Of a DNA stretch of 64,000 bases, positions 20,901 to 30,521 are shown piece after piece. The stretch is from Myxococcota bacterium (lineage in GTDB: Bacteria > Myxococcota_A > Polyangia > Nannocystales > Nannocystaceae): positions 1 through 64,000 of the forward strand of contig JBCCHT010000054.1 in assembly GCA_039028615.1 (NCBI GenBank), in the 5' to 3' direction. The position numbers and the translations under genes were made by a program. Each line of letters opens with the position of its first letter. The first letter of the stretch is position 1. Below the pieces are notes generated by a model. That model did no database searches. It was not told the DNA's origin and saw only the letters and a program-made list of their open reading frames with translations.

Positions 20901-21317
20901 CGGGTCGAGCTGGGCGAGGTCTGCAACCCGGACCTCGACCCGACCTGCGAGACCGCGGTGCCCGACGTCTCGACCTCGCGAGAGCGACCGCTGCAGGGCC
21001 AGTCCCCCTTCGTGGTCAACGCCTACCTCGACTATAGCGATGACGACAGCGGCACCTCCGCGCGCTTGCTCTACAACGCATTCGGACGCCGCATTTTCGA
21101 GGTGGGTGGTCTGGGTCTCCCCGACACCTACGAAGAAGCGGTGCACGGCGTCGACTTCGTCCTCGGACAAGAGGTTTACGACGGCCTGACGTTGTCCGCG
21201 GGGGTGGAGAACATCCTCAACTTCCCCCGGCGATTTACGCAGGGCAACGAGCGTGCCGTCACCAACCTGTGGTGGCCGGGCACGACCTTCACCCTGGGTC
21301 TGTCCTACAAGATCTGA
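18000..21317 (+). CDS. TonB-dependent receptor with acidic N-terminal extension and carboxypeptidase-regulatory-like domain
   Basis: Signal peptide; plug FIRGLGHRYGNTLFDG...VPLDIFP; barrel strands; terminal LGLSYKI. Confidence 0.9.
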   Translation: MNVRRRRTALTLAVLGLWGTSSQAEAAESETSPLPLGFRLSDPTAGASPSAEATQPPAEDAPPAGEAAPKPPAEGTEPPAEGDGFDFADESADAPAEGDAPAEDDGFAFADESDEEPIDEGTVVMPAAPADDDAAEPADDEGDWTFEIEDVSEDEGAIEEEVKAATVEAKGAKVGTVSGRMRDSVSGDPIIGGVVEVIGKKYKTKTDANGEFSLDVPEGIYEIRLRSDTAQPLRVANVEVRPGETVELKRDLEPLEGAGQVLKVEAEMNTESAGARLLQRKESTSARDLMSRDEITDSGGGSTSAVARRIVGSSVVGGRFLFIRGLGHRYGNTLFDGARVPSPEPELRTVPLDIFPSGALSAINIQKTFSPDVPADFTGGSTQLESREVPEEFIFEVSADLGANTATTGRQMVTGAGFFGADAFGFGNRPRAIPDALPTNLPVGPSVLDENLTPAWTPADTERFGESLNDDTRIRRGAKAPPNFGLKATTGYGFEYGEDGGKFGFLVSAGYKNKHSTIRQQSRQYGLGEDGNLDTATPNVDFDGFRTTFNVAWSGIGLVKWKINKQHKLETLVLYSRDADDETREFLGDARTVGPDPIINTRLRYVMRSVLLTRLGGKHKFPKANGLTLDWFGSYAQAQRDDPSMRDMVFSTNNNGLTTLDITNGGGKQLFLDLTDHTQSGATNLTLPFKQWGQLDAKFKTGVWLEGKQRTFFARRFAVGTVTGAMAPSGTGDVFSPETIGGGQSPDEPFFYRETTRDNDNYEAQQEIYATYAQIDLPFVRWFKIAGGARFEASFIDVSPFDIFARAQGETGIDPEQEASLTGYDVLPSASFIFSPTDKMNVRLVGAQTLARPEFRELAPFEFTDFVGGSTVIGNPALTSSKIWNADLRWEYFPSAAEVVAFSVFYKYFDSPIERTAGPRIPRLVSFRNALRAQNVGVELEARKNLEFMGKALSGFSLGTNFAYVFSRVELGEVCNPDLDPTCETAVPDVSTSRERPLQGQSPFVVNAYLDYSDDDSGTSARLLYNAFGRRIFEVGGLGLPDTYEEAVHGVDFVLGQEVYDGLTLSAGVENILNFPRRFTQGNERAVTNLWWPGTTFTLGLSYKI

Positions 21318-21448
21318 CCCGCCGGGCGCCTGATTCGTGACACAGAGTTGTTGTGGGTGATGCAGGGCCGTCACGCGAAGTCGCAATAACGCTCCCGACC
21401 ACAGCGGGCCCGCATCGCCGGGCCCGGTCACACAAGGAAAGATTCGAC

Positions 21449-22810
21449 ATGAAACGCCTCATTGGCTTGCAAGCCGTGCTTGCGCTTCCCCTTGCTCTGA
21501 CCGCCTGCCCCAGCGACGACACGAGCGAGGACGACACCTCGAACGCCGCCACCGAGGGCTCGGATGACGCCGGCGACGCCACCGACGGTGAGGACGAGTC
21601 GGGTGGTACCCCCGCTGGCTGCGCCGGACCCTCCGATGCCGACGCCCGCGTCGAGGTGCCCCTGGCGATCGACGGCGACACCACCTGGACCTGCGACCAG
21701 GTCTACGTGCTGACCGGCATCAGCTTCGTCAACTCCGGCACCCTCACCATCGAGGCCGGCACCACCGTCCTCGGCGGCGCGGGCTCGGCCCTCGTCATCG
21801 ACAAGGGCGGCCGCATCGACACGCAGGGCACCGCGGACGCGCCCGTCGTCATGACCTCCATCAACGTGGGCAACAACGCGGCTCGCGGCGACTGGGGTGG
21901 CCTGGCGCTCATCGGTACCGCCCCCACCAACGTGGGCGAGGGCGTGGCCGAGGGCTTTGCCGACGATCCCCCCACCTACGGTGGTGACGACGCCGCGCAC
22001 GACTGCGGCAACCTCAGCTACACCCGCGTCGAGTGGGCCGGTAACGAGATCTCCCCGGGCAACGAGCTCAACGGGATCACCTTCTACGCCTGCGGCACCG
22101 GGACCACCGTCGACCACGTGCAGGTCCACATGGGCCTCGACGACGGCATCGAGATGTTCGGCGGCAGCTTCAGCGCCAGCAACATCGTGGTGACCGGCGC
22201 GGCCGATGACAGCATCGACTGCGACCAGGGCTTCACCGGTTCGCTGTCCGACGTGTTCATCCACCAGGACCCCGCCATCGGCGACAACTGCCTCGAGTGG
22301 TCCAACCAGGGTAACGACTTCGCCGCGACCCCGCTCAACAGCCCGAGCATCACCAACATGACTTGCATCGGGTCGGGCCCCAACGGCGACAAGAGCAAGG
22401 GCGTCACCATCAAGGAGGGCACCCAGGCTCGCATCCGTAACTCGTTGTTCGCCAACCTGACCAACGACTCGATCGTCCTGCAGAACCAGGCCACCCAGTC
22501 CCAGGCCGAGGGCGGCAACATCAACTTCGGCGGCACGCACTTCTGCGACGGCGGTACCTACATCGTCGACACCGACGACGAAGATCCCGATCCCGCCGGC
22601 TGGACCACCGAGGACTTCGGCGCGTGGGTCGTGGGCGACGGCGGTGGCATCGACGGCACCGCCTGTGGCCTCGGCTCCACCGACTGGGGCGGCGCCAATG
22701 TGCAGCCCGCCGCCGACGGAGCCCCCCAGGGCGACAGCGGCTACGCCGGAGCGGTCGACCCCGCGGGCGACGACTGGACCCAGGAGAGCTGGATCAACTA
22801 CGGCGTCTAA
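21449..22810 (+). CDS. TBDR-associated beta-helix-like lipoprotein (resembles Caulobacter phosphate-starvation lipoprotein ElpS)
   Basis: Lipobox LTAC; GDWGGL, YGGDD, RVEWAG, NELNGIT and DDGIEMFGG motifs; family assignment from recall, not searched. Confidence 0.7.
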   Translation: MKRLIGLQAVLALPLALTACPSDDTSEDDTSNAATEGSDDAGDATDGEDESGGTPAGCAGPSDADARVEVPLAIDGDTTWTCDQVYVLTGISFVNSGTLTIEAGTTVLGGAGSALVIDKGGRIDTQGTADAPVVMTSINVGNNAARGDWGGLALIGTAPTNVGEGVAEGFADDPPTYGGDDAAHDCGNLSYTRVEWAGNEISPGNELNGITFYACGTGTTVDHVQVHMGLDDGIEMFGGSFSASNIVVTGAADDSIDCDQGFTGSLSDVFIHQDPAIGDNCLEWSNQGNDFAATPLNSPSITNMTCIGSGPNGDKSKGVTIKEGTQARIRNSLFANLTNDSIVLQNQATQSQAEGGNINFGGTHFCDGGTYIVDTDDEDPDPAGWTTEDFGAWVVGDGGGIDGTACGLGSTDWGGANVQPAADGAPQGDSGYAGAVDPAGDDWTQESWINYGV

Positions 22811-22839
22811 TCGCCGACCGTAGCCCCTTCCAGCCGCGA

Positions 22840-22877
22840 CGCCAGGTGCGAGGTCCCGCGGGGCCTTTCACCTGGCG
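22840..22877 (+). terminator. Stem-loop at end of TBDR operon
   Basis: CGCCAGGTG..AGGTCCC / GGGGCCT..CACCTGGCG inverted repeat 30 bp after the stop; weak U-tract. Confidence 0.55.
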
Positions 22878-22911
22878 CGTTCGTTTCGAACGCGCTGCTA
22901 CCCTGCGGCCC

Positions 22912-25452
22912 GTGGCTCCCGCGCTGCCCATCGATGCCCTGCTGCCGCAGATCGAGGCCGCGCTGCGAGCGGGCCCCAACCTGGTGATCCAGGCCGATCC
23001 GGGCGCGGGCAAGACCACCCGCGTGCCCCCCGAGATGCTCGAGCGCGGGCTGGTGGGCAACGGAGAGCTGATCGTCGCGCAGCCGCGGCGACTCGCCGCC
23101 CGCATGGCCGCACACCGAGTCGCGTCACTGCTCGGCGAACCGGTGGGCAAGCGCGTGGGCTATCAGGTCCGCTTCGAATCCCGGGTGAGCGACGCAACGA
23201 GGATCCGCTTCGTCACCGAGGGTCTGCTGGTCCGACGACTCCGCGACGATCCCGAGCTACGCGGGGTGGCGGCCGTGGTGCTCGACGAGTTTCACGAGCG
23301 CCACGTGGACACCGACCTCGCGCTGACGCTGCTGCGTCGGCTGCAACGGACCTCGCGGCCCGAGCTGCGCATCGTGGTGATGTCGGCGACGCTCGACCCG
23401 GGGCCGGTCTCCGCGTTTCTCGATGCGCCCGCGTTGCGCTCGCCGGGGCGGAGCCATCCGGTGGAGATCGAGCACCGCACGATGCGGGGCGACCGAGAGC
23501 TCGGCGCTCGGGTGGGTGATGCTCTGCGACATCTCGGGCAGACCGGGCTCGATGGGAGCGTGCTGGTGTTTCTGCCGGGGGCGCGGGAGATCCGTCAGAG
23601 CGCGCAATCGTGCCGAGGCATCGCCGAGGGCCTGGGTTTGGAGATGGTGACCCTACACGGCGACCTGTCGGCGGCCGAGCAGGACCGGGCCGTCTCGGTG
23701 GGCGCGCGACCGCGGCTCATCTTGGCCACCAACATCGCGGAGACCTCGATCACCATCGAGGGCATCGCAGCGGTGATCGACAGCGGCCTGGTGCGACGGC
23801 CCAGCCACGATCCCTGGTCGGGGCTGCCCACGCTGACCCTGGCCAAGATCTCCCGGGCCTCGGCCGAGCAGCGTGCGGGTCGGGCGGGTCGGACCCGCGC
23901 CGGTCGCTGCGTGCGGCTCTATGCTCAGCACGATCTCGAGCGCCGTCCCGCGTTCGACGAGCCCGAGCTGCGTCGACTCGATCTGGCCTCCGCCATGCTC
24001 GATCTGCGGGCGCATGGCCTGAAAAGCGCGGACGATCTCGAGTGGCTCGACGTCCCGCCCACCGCATCAGTCGAGGCCGCGGAGACCCTGTTGCGGAGGC
24101 TCGATGCCGTCGACGACGAAGGCGAGGTCACCACGACCGGTCGCGAGATGCTGCGATATCCCGCTCATCCGCGCCTGGCCCGATTGCTCGTAGAAGCCCG
24201 CCAACGGGGTATTGCGGGCCATGGAGCGGCCGCGGCTGCGTTGCTGAGCGAGCGACCGCTGCGACGACACGACGCCAAGAGCACCGCCGCGGACGACTCG
24301 GCCGTCGCTGATGTGTGGGCGGAGATCCAGCTGCTCGATCGAGCGGGCCGAGGCGGCGCGGGTGCCCATCGAGCGGGCGTGGACGCCGGGGCGCTGCACC
24401 AAGTCCAACGCGTGCGACGGCAGCTCGGCGAGCGCGTGGGTCGAACGAAGGCCAAGAGCAAGACCCCCGAAGATGACCTGTGCATGGCGCTGTTGGTCGC
24501 GTTCCCCGATCGAGTCGCCCGCGTCGAGGTCCGTCGCGGTGCCCCCGATCGCCTGGTGATGGCGGGCGGCGGCGAGGCGGAGCTGTCCGCGGGATCGGTG
24601 GTGCACGGTGCCGAGCTGGTGGTCGCGGTCGCGGCCGAGCACCGCCAAGACCCCGGGCGCCGTAGTGCCCGAACCCTGGTCCGCAGCGCCGCGACGATCG
24701 AGCCGGAGTGGCTGCTCGAGCTCGACGACGGCGCGCTCGTCGAGGACACCCGCGTGCACTTCGACCCCAAGGCCGAGCGCGTCGAGGCGTTCGCGGAGAC
24801 CCGCTACGAAGGGCTGGTCATCGACTCGACCCCGCTGCAGCGAGTGCCCGCCGAAGCGGCCGCGATGCTATTCGAGGCGGCGCGCGCCAAGGGGCCACGA
24901 GCCTTCGCGCGCAACCCCGAAGCCTTCGACGCCTGGATGACCCGGGCCTCGTTCGTCGCGCAGCATCGCCCCGAGCTCGCCGTGCCGACCCCCGCCGACC
25001 TCGAGCGCGTGCTCCAGGCGATGTGCGAGGGACAGCGAAGCTTCGCCGCCCTGCGCAAGGCCGACCTGCTCGCGCGGGTCCAGGCCGACATGCCGCCCGA
25101 AGACCTCGCCGCCCTCGCTCGCCTCGCCCCCGACAAGGTGAAGCTGGCCGGAGGGCGGAACCTACGGGTGAACTACGAGATCGACCGACCCCCGTGGGTG
25201 CAGTCGCGCTTGCAGGACTTCTTCGGCTCGACCGAAGGCCCGACCGTCGTTCAGGGCCGAGTCCCGCTCGTTTTGCACCTGCTGGCGCCCAACCAACGTG
25301 CGGTCCAGGTCACCACCGACCTGGCCGGATTCTGGACCCGCCACTATCCCGAGCTCCGCAAGGCGCTCATGCGGCGCTACCCGAAACACGCGTGGCCCGA
25401 AGATCCGCGCACCGCGAGCCCGCCTGCGCCTCGCCCTCGTCGACGTCGCTGA
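22912..25452 (+). CDS. hrpB: ATP-dependent RNA helicase HrpB
   Basis: GAGKTT, DEFHER, MSAT, ATNIAETSITI, QRAGRAGR; C-terminal LLAPNQRAVQVTTDLAGFW...RYPKHAWPEDP; GTG start inferred. Confidence 0.93.
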   Translation: MAPALPIDALLPQIEAALRAGPNLVIQADPGAGKTTRVPPEMLERGLVGNGELIVAQPRRLAARMAAHRVASLLGEPVGKRVGYQVRFESRVSDATRIRFVTEGLLVRRLRDDPELRGVAAVVLDEFHERHVDTDLALTLLRRLQRTSRPELRIVVMSATLDPGPVSAFLDAPALRSPGRSHPVEIEHRTMRGDRELGARVGDALRHLGQTGLDGSVLVFLPGAREIRQSAQSCRGIAEGLGLEMVTLHGDLSAAEQDRAVSVGARPRLILATNIAETSITIEGIAAVIDSGLVRRPSHDPWSGLPTLTLAKISRASAEQRAGRAGRTRAGRCVRLYAQHDLERRPAFDEPELRRLDLASAMLDLRAHGLKSADDLEWLDVPPTASVEAAETLLRRLDAVDDEGEVTTTGREMLRYPAHPRLARLLVEARQRGIAGHGAAAAALLSERPLRRHDAKSTAADDSAVADVWAEIQLLDRAGRGGAGAHRAGVDAGALHQVQRVRRQLGERVGRTKAKSKTPEDDLCMALLVAFPDRVARVEVRRGAPDRLVMAGGGEAELSAGSVVHGAELVVAVAAEHRQDPGRRSARTLVRSAATIEPEWLLELDDGALVEDTRVHFDPKAERVEAFAETRYEGLVIDSTPLQRVPAEAAAMLFEAARAKGPRAFARNPEAFDAWMTRASFVAQHRPELAVPTPADLERVLQAMCEGQRSFAALRKADLLARVQADMPPEDLAALARLAPDKVKLAGGRNLRVNYEIDRPPWVQSRLQDFFGSTEGPTVVQGRVPLVLHLLAPNQRAVQVTTDLAGFWTRHYPELRKALMRRYPKHAWPEDPRTASPPAPRPRRRR

Positions 25453-25496
25453 TCGTTTCGCCGGGCCGTTCCTGTACCCTGTCATGAGGCTTGCCC

Positions 25497-26039
25497 ATGA
25501 CTACGGATACGAACGTCACCAACTTGCTCTTCCTGCTCTCGCTCGCCCCGCTCGGCACGGGCTGCATCATCACCACGTCGGACGACGATGGCTCCAACGA
25601 TGACGCGGCGGATACCGACAACAACGCCACGACGGCCGCGACCAGCGAGACCGGCGATCCTCCGAGCGACACCACGGGCGCCGCCACCGACGACGGTGCG
25701 ACCGTTGGAACCGCGGTCGCGACCACCGGGCTCGACACGGGCAGCGGCGACGGCCCGGCCACTGGCGACACCACCGAGGGCAGCAACCCCGGTGAGCTGT
25801 GCATGACCTACGCCGACCATCTGTCCTACGACTGCATCGGCGACGCCAAGGCCTACGACTCCTATTACTACCTGTGCAACGCCCGCTACGACGTCGCGCT
25901 CGAGGCCGGGGCCGATTGCCTGACCGCCGTCGAAGACGTCACCGCGTGCCTGTCCACCGTCGACTGCAAAGAGTGGTTCGCCGACGAGGCATGCCTGAAG
26001 GAAATCGCCGCGGTCCAAAAGGCCTGTCCTGCGGACTAG
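25497..26039 (+). CDS. Cys-rich secreted protein or lipoprotein
   Basis: LGTGC lipobox-like, Thr/Asp-rich linker, C-terminal 8-Cys domain. Confidence 0.7.
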   Translation: MTTDTNVTNLLFLLSLAPLGTGCIITTSDDDGSNDDAADTDNNATTAATSETGDPPSDTTGAATDDGATVGTAVATTGLDTGSGDGPATGDTTEGSNPGELCMTYADHLSYDCIGDAKAYDSYYYLCNARYDVALEAGADCLTAVEDVTACLSTVDCKEWFADEACLKEIAAVQKACPAD

Positions 26040-26221
26040 AACTCATCTCGTAAACCCTCGTCGGGTGAGATGAGCTCTAAGCGTGCGCTGGCTCCGAAGC
26101 GCCCCGCGGCTGTGGCGCTCGGCCCTTCGCGACCGCGAATCGTCCGTTTTCGCCGCGCTCGTGGTCGCGTGACGGTACGCCTGGCTTGACAACGCACGCC
26201 GAACCGGGAAAACCGGGAGTC

Positions 26222-27919
26222 ATGCTCGAGCTCGGCGTTGCGAAGTCGGAGATCACTACCTACGAGCCACGCCTGGGCATGATGGGCTGGGCCATGCTCC
26301 ACAACTTCGTGGAGAGCGTGGCCACCCCCCTGCACGCGCGGGCCTTCGTGATGGTGGACCCCGCCGAGCAGCGCACCGTGGTGCTGGTGTGCTGCGAGCT
26401 GGCGCTCATCAGCCATGCGCTCCGCCAGCGGGTCATCGAGCGCCTCCGCGACTCGATCCCCGAGGCGAAGCTGGGTGAGGCCGAGCTGATGCTCATGGCC
26501 ACCCATACCCATAGCGGCCCGGGTGGCTTCACCCACTATCCCTTCTACAACATCACCATCCCGGGCTTTTCCTCCAAGGTGCTCGAGGACCTCGCCACGG
26601 GGATCGCCACTGCGGTGGAGACGGCCTGGCGCGGGCGAGCCCCCGGCCACGTGCGCTACGCGGAAGGAGCCTTTGCTCCCGAGATCCCCGTCGCCTGGAA
26701 TCGCAGCATCGAGGCCTACAACCGCAACCCCGGCGTGACGCGGGTGACCAGCACCGAGCGCCACCTCGCCCTCGATCGCACCATGCGACTTTTGCGGTTC
26801 GAGGCCGAGGACGGCACTCCGCTCGGGTGCATCAACTGGTTCGCCGTGCACGGGACCTCGGTGCATAGCGACAACACGGCCCTGCACTTCGACAACAAGG
26901 GCTACGCCGCGCAGCAGGTCGAGCAAGAGTTGGGCCGCCGCGGGCACGAAGGCTACGTCGCCGCGTTTGCCCAGGGCGCCACGGGAGACGTCACGCCCAA
27001 CAACAACAAGCACCCCGGCAAGCCGTGGATGCGCGGGCGCTATGCCGACGACGACGCGAGCGCACGCTTTTCGGGCGAGCTCCAGTCCACGCAGGCCATC
27101 GCCCTGCTCGACCAGTCGCAGGACTCCGAGCCGCTGCCGGCCACGCTCGCCAGTGCCCACGCCTTCGAGGACTTCTCGAAGATCGAGGTCGACCCGCGCT
27201 ACGTCGAGGGTCGCGAGGGGCTGCGCACCGCCCCGGCCGAGATCGGCCTGGCCATGTTCTTCGGCACCGAGGAAGGGCCCGGCCTGCCCCGGTCGCTGCG
27301 CTTCGTGCAGGGCATCGCCTCGGCCGTACGCAAGCGCTGGCGTCGGTTCGCGCCGCGGCAGACCTGGGCCGAGCACGCCGAGACCCAAGCCGAGAAGGTC
27401 CCACTGGTCGAGAGCGGACGGCGGCGCATCCTCGGCGTCTCGCGACTGTCCGCCCTGCCCCTGCCGTGGAACATCCACCCCGCGCTGCGCCTGGTCGGCG
27501 CGCTCGATGACGGCGTGGACGATCCCAAGCCCTGGACCCCGGCCATCTTGCCCGTGCACCTGGCCGTCATCGGCGGGGTCGCGATCGCGGCGGCGCCGGC
27601 CGAGCTCACCACCACCGCGGGTCGACTGCTGCGGGGCTCCATCGGCGAGCGTCTCGCCAGCATGGGCGTCACCAAGACCGTGCTGGCCGGCTACGCCAAC
27701 GCCTACTCCGGGTACCTGACCACCCCCGAGGAGTACGAGCTGCAGGACTACGAGGGCGCCAGCACGCACTTCGGCAAGTGGACCCTCGGGGGCTATCAGA
27801 CCGTCTTCGATCGCCTCGCCCGCGGGCTCGTCGAGCCCGGCGTCGCGGTCATGCGCCGCACCGTCCTGCCCCCGAAGTTCGGCCGCGAAGAGCTCGCGGT
27901 GCGCAGCTTCTCCGGCTGA
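26222..27919 (+). CDS. Neutral/alkaline ceramidase
   Basis: ATHTHSGP, WFAVHGTS, GDVTPN, AELTT, GYANAYSGY and YEGASTHFG motifs. Confidence 0.9.
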   Translation: MLELGVAKSEITTYEPRLGMMGWAMLHNFVESVATPLHARAFVMVDPAEQRTVVLVCCELALISHALRQRVIERLRDSIPEAKLGEAELMLMATHTHSGPGGFTHYPFYNITIPGFSSKVLEDLATGIATAVETAWRGRAPGHVRYAEGAFAPEIPVAWNRSIEAYNRNPGVTRVTSTERHLALDRTMRLLRFEAEDGTPLGCINWFAVHGTSVHSDNTALHFDNKGYAAQQVEQELGRRGHEGYVAAFAQGATGDVTPNNNKHPGKPWMRGRYADDDASARFSGELQSTQAIALLDQSQDSEPLPATLASAHAFEDFSKIEVDPRYVEGREGLRTAPAEIGLAMFFGTEEGPGLPRSLRFVQGIASAVRKRWRRFAPRQTWAEHAETQAEKVPLVESGRRRILGVSRLSALPLPWNIHPALRLVGALDDGVDDPKPWTPAILPVHLAVIGGVAIAAAPAELTTTAGRLLRGSIGERLASMGVTKTVLAGYANAYSGYLTTPEEYELQDYEGASTHFGKWTLGGYQTVFDRLARGLVEPGVAVMRRTVLPPKFGREELAVRSFSG

Positions 27920-27925
27920 CCCACC

Positions 27926-30484
27926 CTAGCGTCGACGGCGTCGGCCGACCGCGCCGAGCACCAACAGCGCCAGGCCGGCCCCCGACCAGGGCGAGCCCGT
28001 GCCCGAGCGGCAGCTGCATCCGCCACCGCCTACACCGCCCACACCGCCGACGCCGGTCTCGCTGCCCGAGCCGCTGCCGCTGCTGGAGCCGTCGTCGTCA
28101 CCGAGCCCGCCGGTCGTCGATTCGTCGGCGCCGCTGGTGCTGGTGCTCTCGTCGCCGTTGCCCGTGTCCGGGTCGGGGACGTTGATGGTGCAGTCGTTGG
28201 CGCACTCGTCGGTGTCGTCGTCGTTCCCGTCGTCGCACTCCTCGGTGCCTTCCCAGACGATCCCGTCACCGCAGCTGGCCGCGGCGCAGGTGTCGAGGCA
28301 TGCGTCGGTGTTGTCGTCGTTCCCGTCGTCGCACTCCTCGGAGCCCTTGCGGACGAAGCCGTCCCCGCACTCGGCGAACTCGCAGTTCGACAGGCAGGTG
28401 TCGGTGTCGTCGTCGTTGCCGTCGTCGCAGTTCTCGAACTTGTAGTTGATGAAGCCGTCCCCGCAGACGCCAGCGATGCAGGTGTTGAGGCACTCGTCGG
28501 TGTTGTCGTCGTTGCCGTCGTCGCACTCCTCGATGCCAACGTTGACGAAGCCGTCTCCGCAGCTCGCAGGGGCGCAGTTGGACAGGCACTCGTCCTCGTC
28601 GCTGAGGTTGCCGTCGTCGCACAGCTCGACGCCGTCGTGCACGAAGCCGTCCCCGCAGCTGGCGGGCACGCAGGTGTCGAGGCAGTCGTTGGTGTTGTCG
28701 AGGTCGCCGTCGTCGCAGGCCTCCATGCCCGCCCACACGAAGCCATCGCCGCAGCTGGCCGCCTCGCAGGTGCTCAGGCATTCGTCGGTGTCGTCGGCGT
28801 TCGCGTCGTCGCAGGCCTCCAACCCGGCCCACACGAGCCCGTCGCCACAGCTGGCCGCCTCGCAGGTGCTCAGGCATTCGTCGGTGTCGTCGGCGTTCGC
28901 GTCGTCGCAGGCTTCCACCCCGGCCCACACGAAGCCGTCGCCGCAGCTGGCGAGCTGGCAGGTGGAGCCGATGCATCCGTCGGTGTCGTCGAGGTTGCCG
29001 TCGTCGCAGGCCTCCATCGCGGGGTAGAGCACCCCGTCGCCGCACACGGGCGCGGTGCAGTCGTTGCGGCAGCCGTCGCTGTCGATGGCGTTGCCGTCGT
29101 CGCAGTCCTCGCCGATGTCGAGCACCCCGTCGCCGCAGGGCGTCGCCTGGCAGGTCGGGCTGCACTCGTCACCGTCTTCGAGGTTGCCGTCGTCGCAGGC
29201 CTCGCCTGCATCCACGATGCCGTCGCCACAGCACGTCGCATGCACGCGGATCATCGCCTCGATCGGGCCGCTGGGTGTGCCCAGCAGAACCTCGATGTAG
29301 ATCGAGCCATCGTCCCCGAGCGCCCGCCCGGGCGTGCCCGAGGTCGGCAGGATGTCGTTGACGAAGAGCCCGTCGCCGATGGTGTCGCCGTCGATGTCGA
29401 GCTCGTCCCCGATGGAGATCACCGCCTGGCTCGTGGGCGGCATGGCCTCGGGGTTACAGGAGAAGAACACCGTCTCCTGGCCCGCGCCGTAGCTCCACGC
29501 GTGGGCCAGCCGCCCGTGCCCGTCGATGGCCAAGAAGCGCACGTTGGCGGGTGTGGTCAGCTCGAGCCCGGCGATCGTCTCCCCCTCGCTCACGATGATG
29601 TCGCCGCCGTACGCGACGAAGTCATCCGTCTCCGGGACGAGGTTGGTGTCACCCGAGAACGCGTACTGCCCCGCGTCGTTGATGGTGACCAGCTCGAAGT
29701 TGCTCCACGCCTCGAGCCCGAGGATCACGTCCCCTTCGCGGGCCACCAGCGCCCCGTCGACGTAGACGAAGTCGTCGTCGAGCGGGTCCCCCGTGTCCAT
29801 GTGCAGCACGGAGATCAGGTGCTGCTCGTCGCGCGAGACCTGGTAGTCGAAGTCGATGCCGCTGGGGCTGGCGATGGTGAAGCCGCCGATGTCGTCCCCG
29901 GAGGAGAGCACCACCTCGGCCGTGCTCCCGGGGGCCGTACCGCGACGCATCAGCACCCGCTGCTGAGTCGCGCCCGCGCCCGTGTCGTCGATCCCCGAGA
30001 CCCACCAGACCGTCCCGTTCGCCGCCATCGTGGGGCGCGAGTGGAACGTGGACAAAAACCCCTCGGGCTGGCCCGCGGCCGGCTGCCCCTCGAGCGCGAA
30101 CACCCCCTGGTCGGTGTAGAGCCCGTCGACGCCATCGATGGTGGGCCGATAGACGAACGCCCCTGCGCCGTTGGTCCCCATGGAGACCTCGGCGTCACCG
30201 AGCACCACCGCCATCTCATTGCTGCCCAGCCAGATCACCTGGTCGTCGCGCCAGACGAACTGGTCGTCGTCGTCGAGCGCTCCCGTGAACGCGACGGTGC
30301 CGTCCGCCTCCACGAAGGGCGCCCGGATGTTCGCCACCACGGCGGTCGTTCCCGGCACCGCGTCTCCCTGCTGCAAGACCACGTCTCCCGGCACCACGGC
30401 AGCCGAGGCGATCGAGGGCACGAGCACCCACGCGAAGGAGAGGACCGAGCGAACCAAGGAGGACGCAGAAGGAAAGCAAGCCAT
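27926..30484 (-). CDS. Surface protein with myxococcal Cys-rich (DUF4215-like) repeats and MYXO-CTERM sorting signal
   Basis: Signal peptide; N-terminal beta-propeller-like domain; 11 CGDG...CDDGN repeats; GGCSC + TM + RRRRR C-terminus. Confidence 0.88.
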   Translation of the reverse strand: MACFPSASSLVRSVLSFAWVLVPSIASAAVVPGDVVLQQGDAVPGTTAVVANIRAPFVEADGTVAFTGALDDDDQFVWRDDQVIWLGSNEMAVVLGDAEVSMGTNGAGAFVYRPTIDGVDGLYTDQGVFALEGQPAAGQPEGFLSTFHSRPTMAANGTVWWVSGIDDTGAGATQQRVLMRRGTAPGSTAEVVLSSGDDIGGFTIASPSGIDFDYQVSRDEQHLISVLHMDTGDPLDDDFVYVDGALVAREGDVILGLEAWSNFELVTINDAGQYAFSGDTNLVPETDDFVAYGGDIIVSEGETIAGLELTTPANVRFLAIDGHGRLAHAWSYGAGQETVFFSCNPEAMPPTSQAVISIGDELDIDGDTIGDGLFVNDILPTSGTPGRALGDDGSIYIEVLLGTPSGPIEAMIRVHATCCGDGIVDAGEACDDGNLEDGDECSPTCQATPCGDGVLDIGEDCDDGNAIDSDGCRNDCTAPVCGDGVLYPAMEACDDGNLDDTDGCIGSTCQLASCGDGFVWAGVEACDDANADDTDECLSTCEAASCGDGLVWAGLEACDDANADDTDECLSTCEAASCGDGFVWAGMEACDDGDLDNTNDCLDTCVPASCGDGFVHDGVELCDDGNLSDEDECLSNCAPASCGDGFVNVGIEECDDGNDDNTDECLNTCIAGVCGDGFINYKFENCDDGNDDDTDTCLSNCEFAECGDGFVRKGSEECDDGNDDNTDACLDTCAAASCGDGIVWEGTEECDDGNDDDTDECANDCTINVPDPDTGNGDESTSTSGADESTTGGLGDDDGSSSGSGSGSETGVGGVGGVGGGGCSCRSGTGSPWSGAGLALLVLGAVGRRRRR
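28190..29232 (-). repeat. Intragenic tandem Cys-rich repeats (~96-bp units, 11 copies)
   Basis: Near-identical DNA at 28759 and 28855 (period 96); encodes CGDG..EACDDxNxDDTDECLxTC. Confidence 0.85.
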
Positions 30485-30521
30485 GACCTCGCCGATGATA
30501 TCGGCAAGCGGGCGGCCGCGA

